This document shows positions 21,273 through 29,902 of a stretch of DNA of 64,000 nt, piece by piece (position 1 is the stretch's first letter; each line of letters starts with the position of its first letter). The DNA lies in the sequence record PQ464590.1; one strand, given 5' to 3'. The notes below the pieces were generated by a model, which was given only the letters and a program-made list of their open reading frames with translations, was not told the origin of the DNA and made no database searches. Position numbers and translations under genes: made by a program.

Positions 21273-21779
21273 TTAGTTGTCTAAGCAAAATCTTGCATAA
21301 TAGTGGATACCTAGTGGATCATTCTGCGTCATTTCATCACAGAAGTCAACAATTTTTTTCATAAATTCCATGTACGTTTCTGGGATATCTCCCAGTACTA
21401 CACCGTTTTGGGAATATTTGAAATTATTCTCTGGTGATGAATATGGTTCATCTGGGCGGTCAAGGTGCTCATCGTTAGGTACATATTCATGAATACTGAT
21501 AAAGAAATTGTACTTAGGTGAATCATACTGTATAGTGTGATTGTTTGCACACCAAGCGGAGCCGAACTTACAACCGTCGCGTTTACCAGAAAGAAGAATA
21601 CCATCGTACCAACTTATATCTACATCAGTAAATCCCATATGTGTCATTACTTCAGTTGCATCTTCTTCGGATACAGAACCACGATAAATCAGACTATATG
21701 TAATAAGATTCATGTAAGCACGGATGGAATTATACCATGATTCTAAACGACGATCCATAACAATCTCCAGTTTAAACAT
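21273..21779 (-). CDS. Hypothetical protein
   Basis: 168-aa ORF. Confidence 0.65.
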   Translation of the reverse strand: MFKLEIVMDRRLESWYNSIRAYMNLITYSLIYRGSVSEEDATEVMTHMGFTDVDISWYDGILLSGKRDGCKFGSAWCANNHTIQYDSPKYNFFISIHEYVPNDEHLDRPDEPYSSPENNFKYSQNGVVLGDIPETYMEFMKKIVDFCDEMTQNDPLGIHYYARFCLDN

Positions 21780-21825
21780 ATTAATATAGTGACACCAGAA
21801 GTGTCACTTTATTAGGGGTTATAAA

Positions 21826-22185
21826 CTACTTAGCGTGAAGTGGGTTATCACTCAAGTAGTAGAATGTATCACGTTTCGTTTCTATTGTATAGCTCTTTTG
21901 GCAAAGTTTTTCAGCAAGAATATCAGCAAATGCTTTCATCTCTTTGAATAGTTCTTCTGAACTCTTCGGGAAACGTGGATACGCAATCACACGAGCCGTT
22001 AGTCCTTCTTCTTCTCCTCCAGTGTAGCAGTACTGAACTTTCGTAAGCTGGAAACATGCTCCGTGCTTGAAAGTGTATTCACGTGCTACTTGTCGTGCAA
22101 TATCAAAGTTACCTGCAATGTGCAGAGTAACATAGTCAGTACTACACTCGTTCTGCTTTACGTATTTTATCTCTTGTGTATTCAT
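21826..22185 (-). CDS. Conserved phage hypothetical protein
   Basis: YTGGEEEG...IAYPRFP motif. Confidence 0.7.
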   Translation of the reverse strand: MNTQEIKYVKQNECSTDYVTLHIAGNFDIARQVAREYTFKHGACFQLTKVQYCYTGGEEEGLTARVIAYPRFPKSSEELFKEMKAFADILAEKLCQKSYTIETKRDTFYYLSDNPLHAK

Positions 22186-22810
22186 CGTGCATTGTTTTCC
22201 ATTTTACTGGGTGTTGGGCTTTGAAGATAGTATCTACTAACCACATGAACGTATAAGGAGTATAACGGCCTCCCATTGATTCAAAACAGTACGGTTTGAA
22301 TGCCAACATCTTGCGATTGTACGATTCGTTACGCATATATGTAGTTGTGATATTACCAAAACCATAGTACTTATTTTCCACCCACAAAGTCAAGCCATTA
22401 CTGAAGTGGGCGTGATGTGAAGTTATTTCTAACTTCATAGCACCTGCATTGTAAGCTAGAAGAGTCTTGTACAGAACCATGTCAGAGTCTTCCCTTAGTT
22501 CTCGGTCCTCCATATAACGCTGGTAGTCTCCCCACGCCTTACTATGTAAAAACTTCAGACGTTCAAGGAACTCTTCTTCGGTTTCAGGTTTTTCCAGTTC
22601 GAACTCTTCGTACGTCAGACCAAGCTCATCATCAGTGTTGTCAATACTTTCTTGGGTCTTCTGGGCAAGTTCAAGTAACTTTTTAGTACTGTTATCCATG
22701 AAAAGATTCAGGATTGCATTACGGATATTACTTCTGAATTGAATACTAGCATACACTGCAAGACTACCGACAGAACTAGCTACGCAGTACGCCACTGTTT
22801 CCATAATCAT
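22142..22810 (-). CDS. Hypothetical protein with N-terminal hydrophobic segment
   Basis: 222-aa ORF, ATGA overlap. Confidence 0.7.
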   Translation of the reverse strand: MIMETVAYCVASSVGSLAVYASIQFRSNIRNAILNLFMDNSTKKLLELAQKTQESIDNTDDELGLTYEEFELEKPETEEEFLERLKFLHSKAWGDYQRYMEDRELREDSDMVLYKTLLAYNAGAMKLEITSHHAHFSNGLTLWVENKYYGFGNITTTYMRNESYNRKMLAFKPYCFESMGGRYTPYTFMWLVDTIFKAQHPVKWKTMHDEYTRDKIRKAERV

Positions 22811-23322
22811 TGCAGGTCAACCTCTTCTTTTTTGAACATAGTGAACAGGGATTTCTTCTCAGGTGGAAGTACAATCTCACCAGTAAGGTTCATTTTGAGG
22901 TTCCATAATGCATTACGGTTCGCGAAACTAATAGTACCTGCTTCGTTATCAGATTTGGAATAGCTAACACTTGTTGAACCAATCCACCTAGCCCTGTATC
23001 CAAATTCTTCATGGTTATAGTGTGTTACAACGAATGCGTACTGACGTGCTTCTACTTTATAACCACGCTCGTACAGATCTGCATCATAGAAAGTGATGTA
23101 GTTACTTGAGTTCATTTTTGCAATGTACTTTCCAGCTTCAGTGTACGCGATACATTTGGTGATATCACGGTCCCGATTCGGATCAATCTTTCCGAATGCC
23201 ATATAGGTTAGTACTGCATTACCGAAATAACCACCACTAGCTGCACAATACAGAAGGTGATATAAACCGTAGAACCAAATAATACTGAACAACATCCAAC
23301 CTGCGAAAGAATCTGCCATCAT
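22807..23322 (-). CDS. Hypothetical membrane-anchored protein
   Basis: N-terminal TM; RBS GGAGG. Confidence 0.7.
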   Translation of the reverse strand: MMADSFAGWMLFSIIWFYGLYHLLYCAASGGYFGNAVLTYMAFGKIDPNRDRDITKCIAYTEAGKYIAKMNSSNYITFYDADLYERGYKVEARQYAFVVTHYNHEEFGYRARWIGSTSVSYSKSDNEAGTISFANRNALWNLKMNLTGEIVLPPEKKSLFTMFKKEEVDLQ

Positions 23323-23340
23323 TTTGAACCTCCAGGATTT

Positions 23341-23366
23341 AAAAAGGCACTCTTGATAAAGTGCCT
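23341..23366 (-). terminator. Intrinsic terminator
   Basis: AGGCACT/AGTGCCT hairpin plus U-run. Confidence 0.7.
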
Positions 23367-23375
23367 AGGATTATA

Positions 23376-23654
23376 TTACTTCTGTTCTTCGGTGTCAACC
23401 ACTTCTTTGTCGTCGGTTGGTTCTTCTTCATCAGCAGGTACATCAGTTGCCCAAGCAACCGTTGCATCGTAGTGGGATTTAGCCAGAAGACCCCAACCAC
23501 CAGCAATTACAGGCCACAGAAGCCATGATGGAACAATTGCAGAAACAAGTGCCACTACCGTTAGAGCTAGCATAATACCCATACGAGTACTTGCTTGTAG
23601 TTCACGTTTTGCTTCGTTGTACAGACGTTTAGCTGCTAGAGTGATGATATCCAT
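23376..23654 (-). CDS. Small two-TM membrane protein with acidic tail
   Basis: Two hydrophobic segments; RBS AAGGA. Confidence 0.7.
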   Translation of the reverse strand: MDIITLAAKRLYNEAKRELQASTRMGIMLALTVVALVSAIVPSWLLWPVIAGGWGLLAKSHYDATVAWATDVPADEEEPTDDKEVVDTEEQK

Positions 23655-24225
23655 TTTGTTTCCTTATATGTTGTTTATGACATGAACGACAAACGCTTTT
23701 GTATTCATCATTACCGCCGATTAGAACTTGCTCTGTACTATCTGATAGACGAGCATTCATCGTGGCTTTTTCACCACATTCGCAGTACTGATGAAGTTCA
23801 GTGAGTTTGTCAGCAAGTTCCATAAGTCTTTTAGACCCTTCGAACAAATGACCACTGAAATCAGTCCTTAGACCGTAACAGTGTACATCGACTCCGTAAT
23901 TATCCACTATATCAGAGAGTTTGTCAATCTGCGATGTGTTCAAAAATTGACATTCATCAATGAAAATTGCGGCGATGTCAGTACCGTTGTTGATATCAGT
24001 CATGATATCGTTCAGTACTGAATGGTCATCTTTAGGAATAACCATCGCATCAGCAGATAACCCGATTCGTGAGGTAATCTTACCATAACCGTATCTGTTG
24101 TCAAGGGCTGATGTATAATAAAGAACATTTTGTCCAATATTAGATAAGTTGTACGCTGATTGAAGCAGAGAAGTACTTTTGCCACTATTCATGGCAGCGT
24201 GATAAAAGTATAGTTTAGCAGCCAC
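23629..24225 (-). CDS. tk: Thymidine kinase
   Basis: LYFYHAAMNSGKSTSLLQ, IFIDECQF, YGLRTDF and Zn ribbon; GTG start after GGAG. Confidence 0.95.
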   Translation of the reverse strand: MAAKLYFYHAAMNSGKSTSLLQSAYNLSNIGQNVLYYTSALDNRYGYGKITSRIGLSADAMVIPKDDHSVLNDIMTDINNGTDIAAIFIDECQFLNTSQIDKLSDIVDNYGVDVHCYGLRTDFSGHLFEGSKRLMELADKLTELHQYCECGEKATMNARLSDSTEQVLIGGNDEYKSVCRSCHKQHIRKQNGYHHSSS

Positions 24226-24421
24226 CGCAATTGCACTCCGAAATCCGTACAGAATCAGTATAGGTACTAATTTCTTTCCCATCGTATTCGATAGTTACTT
24301 TGAAATTCTTGTACTCATTGTGAAATGGCTCATCCCTAATATCAATCTGTATTGATAAGTTCTCTCGAAGTAGTTCAGGTAGGTACTCGGAAATAAGTTC
24401 TTTGATTGATTCTTCCATCAT
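24215..24421 (-). CDS. Small protein ending in CNCGGC
   Basis: 68-aa ORF. Confidence 0.6.
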   Translation of the reverse strand: MMEESIKELISEYLPELLRENLSIQIDIRDEPFHNEYKNFKVTIEYDGKEISTYTDSVRISECNCGGC

Positions 24422-24615
24422 ATCACCTTACATACACGAGAATGATCACGGCATCCTGTAAATGTAGGGTTATTGATATAGGTGAACCACACTTTCTTAG
24501 GAGTTACTTTAGTAACTTTACCTAATTCTAAAGTACTACCATTGTCATGACCAAAAGCAATAGTATCACCTGGTAGTACTATTTTACCACTTACGTCAAT
24601 TGCATGTTGTAACAC
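24418..24615 (-). CDS. Small SH3/KOW-like hypothetical protein
   Basis: GKIVLPGDTIAF...LGKVTKVTPKKV. Confidence 0.6.
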   Translation of the reverse strand: MLQHAIDVSGKIVLPGDTIAFGHDNGSTLELGKVTKVTPKKVWFTYINNPTFTGCRDHSRVCKVI

Positions 24616-24616
24616 A

Positions 24617-24925
24617 TTATCTCCTTATTCTAACATGAGTACGCTTATAATGTGAGTTCCATTCTCTCACATTAAACAACTCAATTTTTCCATCTTTTAG
24701 CAATTTCTTTATATCTGGATCAGTATCCAGTTGTGGACAGTGATTCGCATTAACTGCGAATTCCAATCCACGTTCTAGCAACGCGAGCATGTTCTTTCTA
24801 CGTTCTGAACCATAATCTGCGTACCGAACCCTTTCATTGAACTCCTTGAACTCAGGAGTTAGTTCCCATTTTCCATCTACTTTGCGAAGAACGTTGGCTT
24901 TGTTAGTTTGTGATTTAGCTGTCAT
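24617..24925 (-). CDS. Hypothetical protein
   Basis: 102-aa ORF. Confidence 0.65.
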   Translation of the reverse strand: MTAKSQTNKANVLRKVDGKWELTPEFKEFNERVRYADYGSERRKNMLALLERGLEFAVNANHCPQLDTDPDIKKLLKDGKIELFNVREWNSHYKRTHVRIRR

Positions 24926-25428
24926 ACTTTGCCCATATCTGGATATTTCTTCAGAAGTTTAGCTAACTGCTCACGCTCAATAATCTCTTTCAGGCGAAGT
25001 TGATCATCTTCTTCATTGGAACGTTTGATTTTCTTCTCAAGAGTCATGAATGTAGTGAGTAACTCAAAACGTTTAGCGTTCGCAGTTTTGATTTGATTCA
25101 TGATTTTACGAGCATCTATATCGAATTCGATTTGATGATCATATGGTGTATCAGTATAATCCTCAATACCATCTTCATCAAAGTCATACCCTTCATAAAC
25201 CATGTATCCATTGTACAGTACTACAAAGTCGTAATCACCGTACGGATGAGATGTTGAAGCGTATTTTGTTTTGTAATCCTGTTCTATTGTGATTTGTTTG
25301 AATACACAACTTTTGATTATAGCTTCAGCTTCAGGTTTAGTTTTAGCTGTGAAGAATTGTGTCTTCCCGTCACTTGTTCCTGAATATTCTGAACTATATC
25401 TTTGTCGTCGAAAAATAACAGTGTACAT
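24922..25428 (-). CDS. Hypothetical protein
   Basis: Start moved to MYTVIF (RBS GGAG). Confidence 0.65.
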   Translation of the reverse strand: MYTVIFRRQRYSSEYSGTSDGKTQFFTAKTKPEAEAIIKSCVFKQITIEQDYKTKYASTSHPYGDYDFVVLYNGYMVYEGYDFDEDGIEDYTDTPYDHQIEFDIDARKIMNQIKTANAKRFELLTTFMTLEKKIKRSNEEDDQLRLKEIIEREQLAKLLKKYPDMGKV

Positions 25429-25443
25429 TATTTTCTCCAAAAG

Positions 25444-25467
25444 AAAAAGGACTCTTAAGAGTCCTTT
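25444..25467 (-). terminator. Intrinsic terminator
   Basis: Perfect inverted repeat AAAGGACTCT/AGAGTCCTTT plus U-run. Confidence 0.75.
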
Positions 25468-25586
25468 CTATTGTTGTTTCGAATTGCACGAAGTATTTCT
25501 TTTTTCTCTTCCCTTGTACCTACAAGTGGAATAGAACCATGCTTCTGTGCGGAAGTTATTACTTTCTCTACTTCTTTAGGTGTCAC
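25455..25586 (-). CDS. Small basic protein, 43 aa (not in ORF track)
   Basis: GTG overlapping the upstream TGA; MTPKEVEKVITSAQKHGSIPLVGTREEKKEILRAIRNNNRKDS. Confidence 0.5.
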   Translation of the reverse strand: MTPKEVEKVITSAQKHGSIPLVGTREEKKEILRAIRNNNRKDS

Positions 25587-26029
25587 TGTAGAACCTTCAA
25601 TTTGTACAGTGTGCGTTCTAGGAAGGAAATAATATCCTCAAGACTGTTCACTGAACCGTAATCATCTTCAGCATCTAATAGCTGGTGGATGTGTTTAGCA
25701 GCTTGTACGTACTGTTCCAGTACTGGAATACATTGGTCTAATGGTAAGAACGTATACTGTTTACCCGAACCGATCTGTAGTGCTCCACGTGTACTCATAA
25801 GACCCTCCACGAAAGAGTCCACGTACTCACCAATATCTTTGTACAATTCATCCAGTTCCATGTGTTTGGAATATATATGGCATTGTAGATGCCAGTGGTG
25901 ACTTAGGGATTCAAGAAAAATACAGTCCTCCACGAATTCAAGTAGTTCTTCACCAGAACTCTCGACTTCGGCTCCCGCCATATAATCCATAATGTCACGC
26001 ATCTCAGAAGTTTCATCGAATTCATTCAT
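25583..26029 (-). CDS. Ferritin/Dps-like four-helix bundle protein
   Basis: HHWHLQ...SKHMELDELY.....YVDSFVE pattern resembles Dps-like ferroxidase residues. Confidence 0.6.
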   Translation of the reverse strand: MNEFDETSEMRDIMDYMAGAEVESSGEELLEFVEDCIFLESLSHHWHLQCHIYSKHMELDELYKDIGEYVDSFVEGLMSTRGALQIGSGKQYTFLPLDQCIPVLEQYVQAAKHIHQLLDAEDDYGSVNSLEDIISFLERTLYKLKVLQ

Positions 26030-26060
26030 AAAAATATCCTCAGTTGTGTATTTCTGGTAT

Positions 26061-26546
26061 TTAGTCCAAATAATACACTACTGTAGGCCGATGTGAATTT
26101 AGAAGGAACGCTCTTTCAACATTATCTTTTTCACGAAAAGAATCCATATCATATACTATACAAATAGTAGGCTTTTGTCCAGTAATTGCGTATGTACTAA
26201 GAGATCCAATCGTACAAAAATGCATTCTGTTATTAGGATTCAGTACTGGATAGTTCCGAGGAAACTCGAAACATATAACGTCTTCATAATATAGTTCTGA
26301 TAAGTGTCTCATGAATTCTAAACATTGTTCTGCTTTTTCTGTTTCACTTTTACAGTACTTAGATACTTTTACTTCAGACCATCCAGTAGGTGGTTCATTT
26401 GAATTTTCAATCACCCAACTAGGGACGACCATTACAGGTCGCCACATATCATAAATGAAGTACGTTTCAAGCATCCGATTGAAGAGCTTATTCTTCGTTT
26501 TCTTCAGCTTGAAGGTCTTTGGTAAAGTACTCATACGCGTCCTCAT
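26061..26546 (-). CDS. Hypothetical protein (start uncertain)
   Basis: ORF overlaps the upstream gene by 59 nt; true start may be 26474. Confidence 0.55.
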   Translation of the reverse strand: MRTRMSTLPKTFKLKKTKNKLFNRMLETYFIYDMWRPVMVVPSWVIENSNEPPTGWSEVKVSKYCKSETEKAEQCLEFMRHLSELYYEDVICFEFPRNYPVLNPNNRMHFCTIGSLSTYAITGQKPTICIVYDMDSFREKDNVERAFLLNSHRPTVVYYLD

Positions 26547-27063
26547 AAGTCATTCTGGTCCACGTTTGTTCCCAGTTCTCATCGATTGAGGACAGTACTT
26601 CAACATATTCTACATCCTCTGGTGTGAATACATGACGTTCACCATAATCCCGTCCGAGGTTCGGATTCATCTCAGTACTGTGCTCGAATATAACACTATC
26701 ACCATTGTACACATAACAGTAATAATATCCATCGGTGAATAGCTCATGCCAGAAGGAACCATTATCCAGGTCAGAACGTCCAGAATCCCAACTGTCATCA
26801 CATGGCAAGAAGTCGTACAAATAACTATCCAACTTGATACGAGCAGCACCGATTAGTGGTTTAGTACTTGGCGACTTGATCTCTTCACGGATAGACATCC
26901 ATTCCATATTGATGAAAGTACCAGAAGGAGTTCTTTCAGCAATACCGGATATTTTATTTGTTTGATGATAGTAATCACCATCAGAAGCAGATTGAAGTGT
27001 CTCAATGTACACTTCATCTTCTGGGTTTTGTAGTAGTAATGCAGCTAGTTCTTTTGCTTTCAT
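26488..27063 (-). CDS. Hypothetical protein, MKxxxLAxxLL paralogue
   Basis: MKAKELAALLLQNPEDEV; TAATG-coupled to 27063-27641. Confidence 0.7.
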   Translation of the reverse strand: MKAKELAALLLQNPEDEVYIETLQSASDGDYYHQTNKISGIAERTPSGTFINMEWMSIREEIKSPSTKPLIGAARIKLDSYLYDFLPCDDSWDSGRSDLDNGSFWHELFTDGYYYCYVYNGDSVIFEHSTEMNPNLGRDYGERHVFTPEDVEYVEVLSSIDENWEQTWTRMTYEDAYEYFTKDLQAEENEE

Positions 27064-27641
27064 TATAGTGTTTTTCCAAATGCAAGTGCTTCTTGGTAGG
27101 TCATTTCGGTGAATACTGGTTTCCATGTATTCTTGTCGAAATCAGTCAGTACTGAAAAATGGTCCACATCGGATAGACGCATTATACGTTTCCCTTCAGA
27201 TAGTGCCGAATCCAGTTTATCAAAGTACTCATCGTTCACAACTAGTACAATGTTTTGTTCAACACCCATACGGATTACTTGATAGCAGTTGCATTTTTCC
27301 ATATTGTAAGTACCGTACTCAACCGAGAATACTTCACCATCAGCTAGATATTTCACAGTAGGTACTGCCCAAAGACCTTGTCCTGGAATACGAGAAGGAG
27401 TGATTGTACCGTCTTTGAAGTACACCATATATGAACCAATAACTGGTGCTTCACTTGGAGTGATTTGATTTGGTATTGAATAATGATCAATGAAAAGACC
27501 ACTAGGAGTGATAGTGAATTGGTCTTGTAATTTACAAGCATGGAACTCAAATGTAGTGGTTCCTGCATTATCTTTGGTTTCTACAAAAACATCAAGATCT
27601 GGAAGGGATAATAATTTCTTAGCTAGGTCATGCGATTTCAT
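27063..27641 (-). CDS. Hypothetical protein, MKxxxLAxxLL paralogue
   Basis: MKSHDLAKKLLSLPDLDV with RBS AAGGA; C-terminus MTYQEA matches MTYEDA of its neighbour. Confidence 0.7.
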   Translation of the reverse strand: MKSHDLAKKLLSLPDLDVFVETKDNAGTTTFEFHACKLQDQFTITPSGLFIDHYSIPNQITPSEAPVIGSYMVYFKDGTITPSRIPGQGLWAVPTVKYLADGEVFSVEYGTYNMEKCNCYQVIRMGVEQNIVLVVNDEYFDKLDSALSEGKRIMRLSDVDHFSVLTDFDKNTWKPVFTEMTYQEALAFGKTL

Positions 27642-27813
27642 GTAATTTCCTTGTATATGTTCGTGATATACTCGTACCTCGTATATCAGAATTTCAATGA
27701 TCTCGATTTCACTAACGTTCATCTCGTTCATTTCAATTCATTCAATATACTTTAAGTACTTTATACTTGACACGGTTTGTGATCCAATTCCATCCCCCCA
27801 CAGGGGAGGGACG

Positions 27814-27837
27814 AAAAAAAATCAGGATAAACCTGAC
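27814..27837 (-). terminator. Intrinsic terminator closing the ncRNA
   Basis: GUCAGG-UUUAU-CCUGAU followed by a U-run (8 nt including the last stem U). Confidence 0.75.
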
Positions 27838-28278
27838 ACTGGTAGTAGTACCAATCTGAATTTGTAGATTTACTCAAAATTTGGACGGATCTTTCTTGTG
27901 CAAATTTTGTAGCATCGCTGGCGGGTTGTCCGGTTTCCAGCTACTACAGTCGCATACAACGGTCGTGTTCCTCACACGCTTACAGTACAGGCTAATTCAG
28001 CAACCAGTACTGCTGTCTCTCCGTAAAGAGACTCCCTTTCGACGGGGTAGAGTATGCTCTATAAGTCTATCGAGGCGGTATATGTCTTCTTACTCCGCTT
28101 TATAGTGCCGCTTTGCCGTGTCGCGTGTGACTTACATCTCGTTGGATATGAACGCACTTACGCTTTATTACTGACGGGTTTCATTTGCACTTCGTAGTGA
28201 ATGCTCTACTCATCTGCCCTCTACGTTTTCGAGTGGATCAGGTTCCATGTATCATGGCATTCAGCTTGGTACTATTAC
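27814..28278 (-). ncRNA. Candidate large structured non-coding RNA (~465 nt), family unknown
   Basis: Promoter at 28285-28314 and terminator at 27814-27837; 5' end (28278-28259) pairs with 3' end (27861-27842); many internal hairpins; GC richer than the flanks; no credible ORF. Confidence 0.75.
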
Positions 28279-28284
28279 ATTATT

Positions 28285-28314
28285 ATTATATCACAAAAAA
28301 TGGGAGTATCCCAT
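28285..28314 (-). promoter_or_regulatory. Promoter of the NTGGGA-N18-TATAAT class (copy 3), drives the ncRNA
   Basis: ATGGGA-TACTCCCATTTTTTGTGA-TATAAT; the dyad plus T-run may also terminate the upstream gene. Confidence 0.65.
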
Positions 28315-28548
28315 TTATTTGAATAATTTCGCCTGGTTCAAGTCTTTGTTCAACCAATCAGGATGGATATGCTCTTCTTTGATCTTTTCATTCAAGTAAA
28401 GCTGTGCTCCATGTTCAGAATCGAACCTCAAATAGTACTTGTTATCATCTGGATCACGAAGATAATTAGTACGATCATTATCACTGTAGTCATAATCATG
28501 AACTACTGAAACTAAACCATCTTTTACATCTAAACGATAATATGACAT
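28315..28548 (-). CDS. Hypothetical protein
   Basis: 77-aa ORF with GAGG RBS. Confidence 0.65.
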   Translation of the reverse strand: MSYYRLDVKDGLVSVVHDYDYSDNDRTNYLRDPDDNKYYLRFDSEHGAQLYLNEKIKEEHIHPDWLNKDLNQAKLFK

Positions 28549-28554
28549 ATGTCC

Positions 28555-28947
28555 TCACATATAAACAAATTTATCATTACTGCGTTCGAAGACTTGCTCA
28601 ACGAACTCAATATCTTTCAGTACTGTCTGTAGATCTTCAGAATCTTCAGAACGTGAAACGAGCCGGTATTTGTTATTTACTTCCGTAAAAATGACCTTCA
28701 TTACCTCGTCAGTACAGATTTCACCGTTGTACGTGATGTAAGAAGCACTCAATTTGATGTACTTCCCATCCTCTTCTAAACTGTTCTTAGCAAAAGCTGC
28801 ATCGATTCCAGTAAGATGAGAAATACTATCCTTTTTATCAAGGAAAGTAATAGTGGTCAGTACTAACTTCATTTTATCCTGAACACTGATGTTTTTCGTT
28901 GCACTAATGAACTCTAAATGAGAGAAATCAAGGTCTTTCAACATCAC
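28555..28947 (-). CDS. Hypothetical protein
   Basis: 130-aa ORF. Confidence 0.65.
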   Translation of the reverse strand: MMLKDLDFSHLEFISATKNISVQDKMKLVLTTITFLDKKDSISHLTGIDAAFAKNSLEEDGKYIKLSASYITYNGEICTDEVMKVIFTEVNNKYRLVSRSEDSEDLQTVLKDIEFVEQVFERSNDKFVYM

Positions 28948-29333
28948 AAATATTCCCAGGTTGTTTCAATAATTGTACGTTCTTTTTGGGTGATACTAAC
29001 TTCTTGGCAAGAAACAGTCTCTTCACCGTCGAACGGATTGTAGTACTGTGACTCTGTTAGTCCCTTTTCATAACGCACATGATAGTACTTCCCATCCTGT
29101 TTGTCAAGAAATACTAGATCATGTTGTGATTTCCAGCGACCATCATCGTACCATTCGTTCACAATGACAACGTACTCTGAATCAGGTTCTAGGTCTTCAA
29201 GTTCATCTGACCATTTACCACGGATTTTGATAACATCATCACAAGCCCATGAATCAGCTAGACGAACCATTGTATCATGTGGAAATGTCTTAGTCACTGT
29301 AATTACCATCCATACTGTCCATATTCGCAACAT
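28944..29333 (-). CDS. Hypothetical acidic protein (start probably further downstream)
   Basis: DDGRWK...GLTESQ...PF motif; N-terminus overlaps the upstream gene. Confidence 0.6.
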   Translation of the reverse strand: MLRIWTVWMVITVTKTFPHDTMVRLADSWACDDVIKIRGKWSDELEDLEPDSEYVVIVNEWYDDGRWKSQHDLVFLDKQDGKYYHVRYEKGLTESQYYNPFDGEETVSCQEVSITQKERTIIETTWEYL

Positions 29334-29529
29334 TCACTGCATTGGTGTAATTGTATAAAATTGACTCAAACACACGCCACACATCAGCATGGGACTTGAA
29401 TCTCCACAGAATATCACCATTGTTTGGATTAGCAGGAATAAAACGAATATCCCAGTCCTCAACCTTGAAAGTAAAAATGTGATCCAGATTTACTGGTTTC
29501 ATACCAGGGAAACGAATAATATTGCTCAT
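29290..29529 (-). CDS. Hypothetical protein
   Basis: Start moved to MSNIIRF (RBS GGAG). Confidence 0.65.
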   Translation of the reverse strand: MSNIIRFPGMKPVNLDHIFTFKVEDWDIRFIPANPNNGDILWRFKSHADVWRVFESILYNYTNAVNVANMDSMDGNYSD

Positions 29530-29542
29530 ATTGTTCTCCAGA

Positions 29543-29848
29543 TTAGATCGAATGTTCTTTGATAAGTGTAAGTACTTCACGGCCTTTGTCAGTGATTTCG
29601 AAATCACCACGACAACCACAAGTACAACCATTTACTAACCCACGTTTGATCAGATTCGCCATTGCCGCACGGCCTACTTTGTAAGGTACTTCTTTTGGGA
29701 TGGCGTGCCATACCGAATTGTCAAACAATTCATCACTGTTCTCGCCAGCACCAGTGTTGAAGATGCAAGCCCACTGGTCTAAACCAGCAAGGAATTCCAG
29801 AATAGGAAGTTTGTTTACGTGTTTAGCTTGAATGGTTTTAATACGCAT
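29543..29848 (-). CDS. Conserved phage winged-helix-like protein with GCxCGCRG motif
   Basis: LIKRGLVNGCTCGCRGDFEITDKG; start MRIKTI with RBS GGAG. Confidence 0.65.
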   Translation of the reverse strand: MRIKTIQAKHVNKLPILEFLAGLDQWACIFNTGAGENSDELFDNSVWHAIPKEVPYKVGRAAMANLIKRGLVNGCTCGCRGDFEITDKGREVLTLIKEHSI

Positions 29849-29862
29849 GTTTATTCTCCAAT

Positions 29863-29891
29863 AAAAAAGGGACATCTCATTTGATGTCCCT
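29863..29891 (-). terminator. Intrinsic terminator
   Basis: AGGGACATC/GATGTCCCT hairpin plus U-run. Confidence 0.75.
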
Positions 29892-29902
29892 ATTATGGCT
29901 GG

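Noticed and set aside
27063-27731. N-terminal extensions in the ORF track (e.g. 27731, 24282, 29631, 54162, 60824)
   Set aside because: Downstream starts have clear RBSs or coupling and match family N-termini; the extensions overlap neighbouring genes or intergenic DNA.
27881-28105. Plus-strand 74-aa ORF inside the non-coding region
   Set aside because: TTG start without an RBS, atypical composition, opposite strand to all genes; better explained by the structured RNA.
27814-28278. Large RNA as tmRNA or RNase P RNA
   Set aside because: No 5' GGGG, D-loop or T-arm, and no resume ORF recognised. An ACCA follows the closing helix but not as a proper acceptor stem. The RNase P P4 motifs (GAGGAAAGUCC, AGAACCCGGCUUA) are not in the required positions.
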